DNA of 64,000 nt, taken from the NCBI GenBank assembly GCA_977020255.1, contig CDROCS010000983.1, positions 186,001 through 250,000 of the forward strand, written 5' to 3'. Of this stretch, positions 22,096-32,815 are shown piece by piece. How positions within the stretch are numbered: the stretch's first letter is position 1; each line of letters starts with the position of its first letter. The DNA is from Obrimoposthia wandeli (taxonomy: Eukaryota). A program made the position numbers and the translations under genes. The notes beneath the pieces are model-generated. The model was not told the DNA's origin, did no database searches, and saw only the letters and a program-made list of their open reading frames with translations.

Positions 22096-22632
22096 ATGCA
22101 GATGTTGTGCTCCGTATGCATGGAGAAGATTTGGGCGGTATCAGCATCCCCTGTCGGCTGCCGTCACAAATTTCACGAGGAGTGCCTCTATTTGTGGACC
22201 AAGGTTCGAACCTCCGGACAAATCACCTGTCCACTGTGCCGGACACCCTTCGCCAAATGGACACTCCAGAGCCGCGGAAGACACAAAGGCACCCGATCGC
22301 CTGCCAGCTGCATTGGTGGCATCCATTGCCAATGCTACGTGTGTCTCGCACGCCGGCGCGACACACAACTGGGCGTCCGCGAGAGATGGCGGTCTAGTCG
22401 AGACTGCCACTCGTGGTTCCAGGCCAGACGGCACTGGATTGAAAGCCATAACATGAACGGGCAGCAGTTCGACCTATTCATCGACAGCCCGCATTTGACC
22501 CGGAGCCAGCAACTCCATTTGTACAACGGGGACAGTCCGTCCTTTCCCGACCTTCCCCTGGAGCAGGTTCTACGCTACCTGACCAGTCGGAACCAGCCGA
22601 CAATAACAATTGACCTGACACATGAAAACTGA
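22096..22632 (+). CDS. RING-H2 protein 3 with C-terminal SIM-like motif
   Basis: CSVC...CRHKFHEEC-LYLW...CPLCR; CIGGIHCQCYVC; ends ITIDLTHEN. Confidence 0.85.
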   Translation: MQMLCSVCMEKIWAVSASPVGCRHKFHEECLYLWTKVRTSGQITCPLCRTPFAKWTLQSRGRHKGTRSPASCIGGIHCQCYVCLARRRDTQLGVRERWRSSRDCHSWFQARRHWIESHNMNGQQFDLFIDSPHLTRSQQLHLYNGDSPSFPDLPLEQVLRYLTSRNQPTITIDLTHEN

Positions 22633-23362
22633 CACTGTCCTCCCTTCTTTCCTTCCTAATCTGTAATTTTGTGTGTAAATTTTTAGTTGTGTATAAATAA
22701 TAGTGTATGGTTTGAGACTTGCTCCAAATTATATATTATGTTTCCCACTGGAAAACCGAGATTTTGAAAAAATTTTTTTGGGCATGTTTGTTGAAGTTGA
22801 ATGATTGATTTTGTAGGGATGAACCTAAAATCAACAGCCAAGGGCTTATTTAAGTAAAATCGATACGTTCCGGGGACGTAACTTTTTTGGAACCCCCGAG
22901 GTATGTTAAGGTTGAGAATTAAGAAAATTAAATATTTTAGTTGATTAAATACTAAAATAAAAATCCTTGAAAGCAAGGTCGAAAATTAAATTAAAATATT
23001 AATTTGAGTTTTAGAAGTAAAATTAGTGAAATATTAGGGTAAAATTAGGAGGACCACGAAGGTCGTGTATTATGCGAAAATATATAAAAGTTTAAAGTTA
23101 ATTAACAAAAGGGACAAAAATAAGAATTTAATTAAAAGAAAAACGGTTAATTAAAACCGTCAATCAAGAAAGAAAAAGGTAAGCACATTTTCGTGCAGTA
23201 AAATCAATTTAATTCTTTTCAGCTGTCGTTGACTGACAGGAAGAATTGAGATAGCCTCTGCTCCAGCAAATAACCGTCAATCAAGGAAAAAGTGAGCGCA
23301 TTTTGTGCAGTCAATAATTTTTAAATTTATTTCAGCTGTCGTTGACTGACAGGGATAGAAGC

Positions 23363-23370
23363 TATAAAAG
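23363..23370 (+). promoter_or_regulatory. TATA box in LTR U3
   Basis: TATAAAAG followed ~25-35 nt later by TCA-containing initiator-like sequence. Confidence 0.55.
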
Positions 23371-23436
23371 GCAGAGGATTTGGACACCAATTCACAATCA
23401 CAAATTCAGAATCACTCCCTGACTACAGGTTGAGCG

Positions 23437-23633
23437 GAATAGACTCAATCCGAAAATAACGAATAGACTCAATCCGAAAATAACGAATAGACTCAATCCG
23501 AAAATAACGAATAGACTCAATCCGAAAATAACGAATAGACTCAATCCGAAAATAACGAATAGACTCAATCCGAAAATAACGAATAGACTCAATCCGAAAA
23601 TAACGAATAGACTCAATCCGAAAATAACGAATA
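23437..23633. repeat. 24-bp tandem repeat GAATAGACTCAATCCGAAAATAAC x8 (perfect)
   Basis: Eight identical units counted from 23437 to 23628 plus a partial. Confidence 0.95.
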
Positions 23634-23764
23634 AAATATATCCGAATAGCCGCGATCCAACATATTAGGAGAAGACGATCTCACGAGCGCTCCATACGGA
23701 ACTGCGTCGGACAGCTCACCCGTACCGGAATCAGCGAGTCACTGGTAAGAACACAGACTAGGTT

Positions 23765-24202
23765 CATTCATTGCCCCTAGTAGGCAATTAGGATATATTC
23801 ATTACCCCTAGTTGGTAATTCTATATTTTCTTAATAATACACAAATTCATTGCCCCTAGCTGGTAATTAGGATCACTGCCTCTTTACCACAATCATTGCC
23901 CCTAGTTGGTAATTAGGATCGGACCTTTATTCATTGTCCCCAGCGACAATTAGGAAACCTACCAGACGTTTTTTCCCGTAAGATTCATTGTCCCTAGCTG
24001 ACAATTAGGTTCATTCATTGCCCCTAGTTGGTAATTCGGATAAATATTCATTGTCCCTAGTAGACAATTCGGTAAGACTCATTGTCCACTAGCTGACAAT
24101 TCGGTTCGTTCATTGTCCGTAGTTGACAATTAGGAGTAAGTTTTTATTGTCATCTTGACAATTAGGTTTTTAGGAGATCCCTTGTCTACAGTAGACAATT
24201 TG
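23765..24202 (+). repeat. Array of 12 hairpin-forming repeats (ATTGYC-N5-8-GRYAAT) with variable spacers
   Basis: Copies at 23770, 23801, 23849, 23895, 23933, 23987, 24017, 24050, 24081, 24112, 24146, 24181. Confidence 0.9.
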
Positions 24203-24471
24203 GGTCAAACACACACAGAGAGAGTAAGGAACAAAGAAACATTTAGCTAGAGATAAGAAGTAGGAGCGAAGAAATTTAAGAGAGTTGCGTTATAGATTAA
24301 CCAACCTGAGTAAGAAGACTAAACCTAAGAAACTTAATCACCTGAACGTAAAATCGATACGTGGTTCATCCCCACTTCTTGTAGAGACTCACAGAAGTCC
24401 TTTAGGAATTTTATCATACTTTTTAGAAATACGTACATAAACGTATTGTGGTGTTAGTTACGTGAATTTTG

Positions 24472-24477
24472 AATAAA
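24472..24477 (+). terminator. Polyadenylation signal in LTR
   Basis: AATAAA followed by conserved ATTTCCTACATTAG; same arrangement at 28316 and 34569. Confidence 0.65.
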
Positions 24478-25429
24478 CAATTTCCTACATTAGAACAAGT
24501 TGTTTTTACACCCTTCAGACTAAGAGACATCAATCAAATACCTTCAGATAGTACAAGAGATTAGGCAACCATAACACTAAGTAGGCCACGACCAACTTTA
24601 AGACCTGCTTCTAATCGAACTCACGTTGGGGCCCTCCGCACACTAAGAGGCTCTATACCAAGTTTCGTATAGAAACCCCAACAATTTTATGACAAAATTA
24701 TATGAAATTCTTTATTATTTTCTTTAAACTAAAAGAAATATTTAAATTAAATTAATATAGATTTAGTCAATTTTACTGAAATATGTAAAGATTTTCAGTT
24801 TTTATTATTTATTTAGATTGTTGAATTAGTGTTTAATTATATTCTTTCATTTGTTTGATCTAAAATAGGGAGAATTTGACAATTGATGTACTACAAAATT
24901 GTGTTTACATTAAATATACATATATATATATATATATTGAACTATGGCATTTAAACAGTCCTCTCTTTTTTACTTAAGAGATAAATCTGAGATAATATTT
25001 TGATTTTATGTTTTCAATTTGTCATGTGATTTCAGTTAATCAAATTGAAAAGCTAAAATGGCTCCAACTGATCAATGTATTTTTATCGTTCCTCAATAAC
25101 TGTAAATATTACGTCGATAATTTTGTACAAAGAGTATGGATGTTTAAATTGCCTGTGACCTGTCAATTGATAAAACTCTACGTCCACTTACAAAATGAAG
25201 CGTACATGGCCTTCCTAAATCAGGTAGAACACAAATTTGTGATGAAAAGAAAGTTTAATACGATCTTTCTTTGTGTAAAATTCTAGTACATTAATAATAA
25301 AAACTTTCCATGAGCTACAAATCCCATATTACGGAATTAAATTACACGAAAGCGAGCTGGGTTAAAAGATTGCCGAATCAAATTGGTTCATGGACCAAAA
25401 GAAGATGAACATCTTGATGTGAAACGTAT

Positions 25430-25650
25430 CTTACCAGCGTTGATGATGGCGTTGTTAGCAGGCAAAACTGACAAATTTGGGGCTTTCAGAATCATCATCG
25501 TGTGATGAAGATGTGGGTCAATGTTTGGGTTGGTTTCATCTTATTTGAACATATTTTGAACATATATATACACGAGACAATTATACTACAGGAACGTTTA
25601 CCCCAATATTTACCCTTGAAAATAATCTATTTCGTAGAGAAAAGGAAATA
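25430..25650 (+). pseudogene. Tc1/mariner-superfamily transposase relic
   Basis: DGVVSRQN*QIWGFQN...VNVWVG...ERLPQYLPL resembles G-x-VN-x-QN-x-RIW...VW-x-G of Tc3-like DDE domains. Confidence 0.5.
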
Positions 25651-26606
25651 CTTGTCAAAAATTGTTTGCCTAAGATTACGAATTCTATTTTAATAATTTG
25701 AACGTTATACAATGAAAAACAATGGTAATAAACAAGAAATATATGTTTAAAATAGTTGCATTTGCATAATTTTAGATCTTGTTTTTAGGATAGATCCGGG
25801 ACAATCTGATAAATAGATATATTAATAAAATTCCAAATACAAATACATGTAAAACAAGAAATATCAAAGGCTGATTGGTTAATTCTAAATATATTTATCA
25901 GCTACATAGAGGTAACATTGTCAGTGATTTCCTGTATTTTGGTATTTATCAGATAAAAACACAGTTCATTAATATGTTTTTAATCTAATAATTTCACGAA
26001 TGTTCACATCTAATTTGTTATTTTTGTTAAAACGTGACTATTGTTTCCTGGTGTTGTTCTAATTTGACTTTCTACGTGGAATCATTTATCAAACCAGCCC
26101 ACACTCAATACACATTGGTTTGTTGCTATTAACAGACGTAGATCCAAACATCAAAAAATCGTCACTATATTTCGGTAATTTTGTTCTATTTGGAGGAGAT
26201 TGATCTGTCATGTTAAATCACTTAAACCCACTATAACACATTATTTACATTTTGTTATTTAGTTAATAAAACGTACATTAACTGATTGAAAATAAAATTA
26301 TAAAAGCAATTTAAATATTGTGAAATATCTAAACATATTATTACTTGAATATTCTTTAGACCATAAGAAGAATCACTGACTTACGAAGAAACCTTCTCAA
26401 CTGATATTCATAAAATAATTTTAAATGTATACTATACAAATAATTACGTATTATTCAGAAATCCCCCATTTTAATAATAAAAAATAATTCCTATTATTTT
26501 AAATTTATAAAGGACAAGTATTTTGTTTTTTTCTGAATATATTTTAATAAAAATATCTAAAGATTATAAAAAATACCAATTGGTTATTAAAAGTGCTAAC
26601 ATCGAG

Positions 26607-28730
26607 AAAATTTATTGACTTTCATTATGAGAATATTAATCCATTCTGGAAATTACAATATGTGAAATTACAACACCTGATCATTTCTAATAAGTTGTAG
26701 TGTTTGAGTTCCTATTACGTTTTAAAATCATTTATTATATCTATAAACAAAAATTTATTGACTTTCATTATGAGAATATCAATCTGTTAGGATTAGGATT
26801 CTAATAATTAATGAAAATAATTAATTATTATATAGTGGAATAAATCCTTGAAAGCAAGGTTAAAAATAATATAAAATTGAATTGGAATTTTAAAAAAAAT
26901 GAAATAAAAAGGTATTTTAGGACCTTGAGGAGGTCAAGTGTTTGGTGCGTGATATATAATGGATTTTATAAATTTCAAAGTGCCCAAAAAGGATTTAGCA
27001 AGAAAAACCAAAGCAATTAAGAAAATAAGATTAATTAGGAAAGGCACTAAAGAAAGAAGAATTAAGTGCTACAAGAAGTAGGACATTGCAGCAAATAAAA
27101 TCACAGTAGCCGACTGGCTGAGAATTAGCCAGCCGGCAAGAACTTTGCAACAGTTGAGTGCTGTCTCCAGACTTTGGGAAGTGGCCAGCTGACAACAAGC
27201 GAGGTAAGAATCACTTAGTTAAGTGGCATTAATTTATTCTATTATCTAGGAGATATAACGAAGCAGAGTAGCGTAGTCGCGACACAAATTAAGTATCGTC
27301 GATAGAATCCGAGCACACCAGAGATATTCGAGCACATCCGGCAAAAGATATTTGATTATTCAGAAAAGCAACTGAAGAAAAAAGAAGGTAGAATACTGCA
27401 TACCAGACAGAATTACTTGATTATTCCCAGAAAAAACCTACTGCTATCACCGAAGCCGAGCTTTCCTATCGGGATCAAGAAACGCCAAGACTGGACAGCG
27501 GTCAGAACGGAATCGGATCAAGCCTGTCCAGCAATCGGTCGGAACGAGTCTGTTCAGCGGGCAATCAGATCTAGTCTATCTGACAATCAATCGGATCGGA
27601 CGAAAACGACACGAGGCAATTCATCTCACAAGTCGTCTCTGCGGAATCGGATTAAGAATATCCAGCGGTCAACCGGATCGAGTCTATCCAACAATCTATG
27701 CGAAGGACGGTAAGAGCAGAGTGTGAAAGTGTAAAAGTAAATTGCCCATATTTGTCTCATATTTTACCAAAGGTAAATTGGTTTGATTTGGTAGTGATAA
27801 AGATTAAAAGAAATTTTTAAAATAAGATTGAATATCAGCCCTCGTAAAAACAAGTTGAAATAATTTTAAAAGAAGTTTGTAAAATAAGATTGAATATCAG
27901 CCCTCGTAAAAACAAATTGAAATAATCTTAAAATAAGTTTTTAAAATAAGAAGTTCAATAAAGTGTTGAATTTAGAAGGTGTGTTAAAATTAAAGTTAGG
28001 ATATCAAAGAGTATAATTGTCGCGAATAAATGAACTCTACCAAAGATATCAAAGTAAATTGCCCCATATTTGTTCCATATTTGAGAGTGTTAACTCAGTA
28101 TAAAATCAAACCATATTTTTAGAGCAACCAGCTCTATAAAATCTACAACCTTAAATTACCCATATTTTTAGAGTAAAGACTCTAGTAAACAAACGACCCT
28201 CAATTAAAATCGATACGTGGACCATCCCCACTTGTGTAGAGACTTTGTGAAAAGTAACTAGGATTAGTCTTGTGGTTTTTAGAACGTGTTAGAACGTAAT
28301 TTCGTGTGTATTAGAAATAAAGATTTCCTACATTAGGCAGTGTTGTATTGAACAGAACCCTTGCAAGCAAGTAAGTGTCAACTACTCCATATACAACACC
28401 ACATTAAGGGAATTTTCCAGTACCCGTATACACAGCTCTTCACACATTTCGCAACACCTAGACATAATAAACCTTCAGATAGAAATTGAGATAGACAAGC
28501 ACAACTTAAGTAGGCTACAAACAACTACAAGCCCTGCTTCTATAGAACTCACGTTGGGGCCCTCCATCTGAGGATCTATATCTAAACTCCAAGGCAGTTT
28601 CATAGAGAAACCCCAACAAATCCATTCTGGAAATTACAATATGTGAAATTACAACACCTGATCATTTCTAATAAGTTTGTAGTGTTTGAGTTCCTATTAC
28701 GTTTTAAAATTATTTATTAAATCTATAAAC
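26607..28730. repeat. 143-bp tandem duplication whose second copy is split by solo LTR B
   Basis: TTTATTGACTTTCATTATGAGAATAT at 26611 and 26754; sequence resumes AATCCATTCTGG at 28619. Confidence 0.85.
26785..28618 (+). mobile_element. Solo LTR B (1834 bp)
   Basis: TGTTAGG...CCCCAACA with 4-bp TSD AATC (26781-26784, 28619-28622); shares ATCCTTGAAAGCAAGGT, AAAATCGATACGTGG and U5 end with LTR A. Confidence 0.9.
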
Positions 28731-29629
28731 AAACTTAGTATGAAAACTTATATGACGTTGATTTACTAGTAATTCATGTAAGCATATCTGCGCTAACAAA
28801 TCTCCAAAAATAAAACAAAATCAAAATAATAGGTTCATACAAGTAGTTGAAAATAATATATATGTAAAGCCCTTGAAAGTTAGTGTGAGAAATATATTTT
28901 AGAAAACACTATGTTACTAAATATAGTATCAGATTTTTGTTTTTGTTTAAATGAACTTCGATTAAAATTTGTTTTAAAAAATTGAATTTGTGTCAAATTT
29001 GAGTCAAGATTGTTTTCTTTTAAAAGTGTGATTTAGTAAGTTTAAACGTCTAAATATCTGAGTCGTAACACTGAAGTGTCTATTAGAGAACATCAGCCAA
29101 CAAAACCCCATCCCTCTTGAAATATAACAACTAAGAAATATTACAAATGTTAAAAATGAGAATATAGTTTTTCACATTATATTATAAAATATGTTAGTTA
29201 CAAATTAATAATTAATGTTCATTTTTTAATTTTGTTTACATTTTTGCATGAAAATGTAAATTAATCATTAAAATTTTGTTGTAAGTATTTTATGATGTCA
29301 GATATTCCAATGATATTTCAAATGAACTGAGCAAATAACTTTTATCAAATGAGTCACTGGCATAAGTGTATTATAATTTTCGAAATAATTGGATTTATCA
29401 AGACATTTAAATAATTAATTAAAATGTAAAGTTATGAAATATAGTAAACCAATGGTGACCAAAATTTGCTTGCAAAAGCAATTATAACTGTCAAAAATTT
29501 AGGAAAATATGGTGCTAAGGTAACATCAAGAGTTATAAATAGTCATCCCAAAGATTGATTAACTCATATTCTAAATAAAAATATTGTATAGTTAAAACAG
29601 AATAGTTTTTCAATCCCGTCAAAAGAAGA

Positions 29630-29950
29630 TGGGAGTAAGTATCCATAATGAGAGGTTTCGTCAGTCTATCTATAGAATCTATCACTTTTTCCGATGAATG
29701 GTCTCAGCTAAATGCCCCTAACAATGTTGGCAGCCTCGTGATAATCCTCAGAATGATTTGATAGAAAATATACCTTATAAAGGCGTGAGGTTATATTTTC
29801 CCTAGTAGTGGCTCAGTATGATAAATATTGACAGGGTGAAATATCATTAAACGTTTTTCTGAAGAATTGATTAAGGTTTTGTATGACATTCATTAAGACA
29901 AGTTGGTTTCTCATCTGAATAATGCAAGACTGCATGTTTGAAGAGTAATG
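29630..29950 (+). pseudogene. Possible mariner-like transposase relic
   Basis: SHLNNARLHV (29909-29938) resembles HDNARPH; rest heavily decayed. Confidence 0.3.
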
Positions 29951-32815
29951 TTCTAATATTTTGATAAAACAAACATTAATTATTAAAGTAATTAACTAGA
30001 AGTCCCAATATATTAAGAAACTTATAAAAGATGCAGTTTATTGCAAGTAAAAATTTCGTTAATCAAGATGAATTGTTGAAATAAATTAAAAAAGTGTACT
30101 AGTGCATTTATGAAATAATAGAAAAAATATATTTCGTAAATTATTTAAATTTATTTTTGAATTGTTTTAATATTTAATTATAAATCAGGGATATTTTATG
30201 TAAGTTTTGTTGAAATTTAGTTTTTAAAATGGGGTTTAAAAAGGTAGTAAATTGTGTTTTAGAAATTCGTTAAATCATTTTGACACGAAATTCGGTTACA
30301 CATTTTACTTCAAAATATTTATATTTCGTTTAACTTGAGAAACTACAAGAACAGAACCTTTAAGAATAATATTATCTCTAAAGTTAAGTATTTAATTTCA
30401 TATTTTTAAATCAAAGATTGAAACAAACAGATAATTTTTTAGATTTTTAAAGAAATATAAAATGTTAAAGGAAATTGACGCCGACTTAAATTCCATATTG
30501 CCAGTCTAATCCTCAGCCAATATTCATTAATTATTCCCAATTGTGTTTCTAATTATCGGTTTCTTAAATAATCTATCATTTCTAAATTGAAATTATGTCA
30601 AATTGTTTTACTTTGTGTAGAGAAATACACTTTACATTTGCTTTGATAATTTTGCTCTTAGCTCGACTGAAATCTGTACCCTGTTTTCATTTAGTCAGCT
30701 TATGTTATATTAGTTTTCGTTTTACATTTAAAAATGAGCCTTCCAATTTATTATAATTTCAGTTTCATTTTTAAAAAATCATCATATAATGAAAACAATA
30801 GTTAATTATTTGAAATTAATGATTTTGGTTTTATATTCAAAATTTGTTTGCAAATGCAACCGAAAGTTTGTATATATATAGTTTTTTTAAAAATATTTTT
30901 ATTTGTACCACTATTTGGGAGAAAAATGAAATCTTACAAAAGAAAATTCCAATCGGTATCCTTCAATATTAATTATTTTAAAATTAAAATTAAATCATAA
31001 ATATATGGCCTAAAATTTGTTTATATACATGTATTTAAAGAAAAATAAGTAATAATTAAAAAAAAAATTGATCTAAGATATATTTCAAATTATTTCGTCT
31101 GCATTTCATAACGATTTTTTATTCACTATTACTATTTAGTCACAAATTTAATTAAAAGTCACAATAAAATAAAATATTATCCAAATTATTTCGTAGGATA
31201 TAATGACCAAGCTTACAATGAGTAATTATTTTCTAAATATTTTCTATACTTCAGATTCTTGTCAACAAATGTGGTGATTTTTGGACAATCAAGTAATTGT
31301 TTTTATTATTATTTGGTGAAACTGAACTGCCGAAGACAAATTTCAATCAGATTTTATCTGTCACACTAAGAACAATCATGGTGAACATTCAAGAATTTTA
31401 TCAATTTCTATGTCTAGAGATGACTTTACAACACTTCAAATTTGTTACTTTGTGTCATCGGGAAATTTTATCGGAAAAATATTATATGTTGCTTATAATC
31501 TTTTTAACTTATTGAAAAAATTTATGAAATATAATGAATTGATAATTAATATAAATTATAAAATGAAATCCTCAATTTATAATTTGGTATAGTTTAAAAA
31601 TGACAATTTAAAAATTAATTAAGAATATTTTATAAATAAAATTTTGTAAGTATTTGAAGCCTTTTGTAGCTTTTGACAAATGATCTCAATCAAATTCAGT
31701 TAATTTATTTTATTTAATTAATAAAAAATACAGTAATAATCAAGTATTATTTGAATTTTAATAGATAATTTCTATGTTTGATTACAAGATAAGGTCATTC
31801 ATTATTATTTACTTCAAAAAACATTTCTTAAAACTAAAAACAACTTTTAAAATGAAATAAAACGCATATTCAATGTTACTATTAGATTTAGTTTGATATA
31901 TATTAATATAACTAATGTAAAAAGATATCCTACATATACAAATTTTGGCAATTTAAAACAATTTAATAAAATTTTATTTGATTGTTAGTTCAAATTTTCT
32001 CAATGCATATAGAATTAAATAATAAAAAAAAATATACGTGTTATATTTTGAAACAAAGTAAAATATGATCTATAAATTATAATTGGTCATAATTGTTATG
32101 GTATTAAAATAAATTAGATCTACCCAACTCTGTGTGTCAAGCTAATAATGTTACATCCGATACCAATTGAACTGTCCTAATGTAATAGTTCAATGTAACA
32201 TATCTCAAACTCAGATTTACATTTTTTTTAATATACCCTATTCCTGTTTCTTTTCTATGATAATATTTTTTACCTTTCAAATGATGGGCTTGTATTTTTG
32301 GATTAATTACAATCGAATGCTTTTTCGTCGATATATTATGTTTTACTAGATCTGTTTTACCTTTATTCCATTTGTTTTGCATAAAAATCTCTCAAATTTT
32401 ATAATAGTTTAATCTATAATTTTATTTTTTCCAAAGTTTAATTTTAAAAATACATTAAATTCTGTTAGAAAATTAATACCACAAATAACAGAATAACAGA
32501 ATAACAATCTCTTTTCAATTGATAAATCTACACTTGGCCTCGTATCTTATAATCAATTTTGTTTCATTTACTATACGACATTACATATTCCATACTCATT
32601 CACATTCGGTGTTTAAATGTAATATTTCATTATTTCTAAGTTAGAAATTCTAATAAAGAACCTTGAAAATTAAAGAAATATCCGAATTTTACGATTACAT
32701 ATTTTCAATTTTAATTGCAAAAATAACACATCAACATTAAAACTTTCATTTTAATGAAAAATGTTTTTGTTGGGATAGTTTTGCTTCTTGATTACGACAC
32801 AAAATAGTTTAAAAT

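Larger units (their letters stand above)
12362..24683 (+). mobile_element. 5'-truncated Ty3/gypsy LTR retrotransposon with extensive accessory ORFs
   Basis: PR-RT-RH-IN domain order, purine-biased + strand coding region continuous to three RING ORFs, then a TGTT...AACA LTR lacking a matching TSD (GGTA vs ATTT), i.e. a 3' LTR; gag and 5' LTR absent. Confidence 0.9.
22904..24683 (+). mobile_element. 3' LTR (1780 bp) of the gypsy element
   Basis: TGTTAAGG...CCCCAACA; ends homologous to solo LTRs at 26785 and 32816; TATA box and AATAAA on + strand. Confidence 0.9.

Noticed and set aside
23398-23616. ORF with SLFVIFGL repeats
   Set aside because: Artefact of the 24-bp tandem repeat read on the - strand.
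23765-24202. CRISPR-like appearance (palindromic repeats with variable spacers), also at 33458-34175
   Set aside because: Spacers are very short or identical, no cas genes, and the arrays lie inside eukaryotic LTRs.
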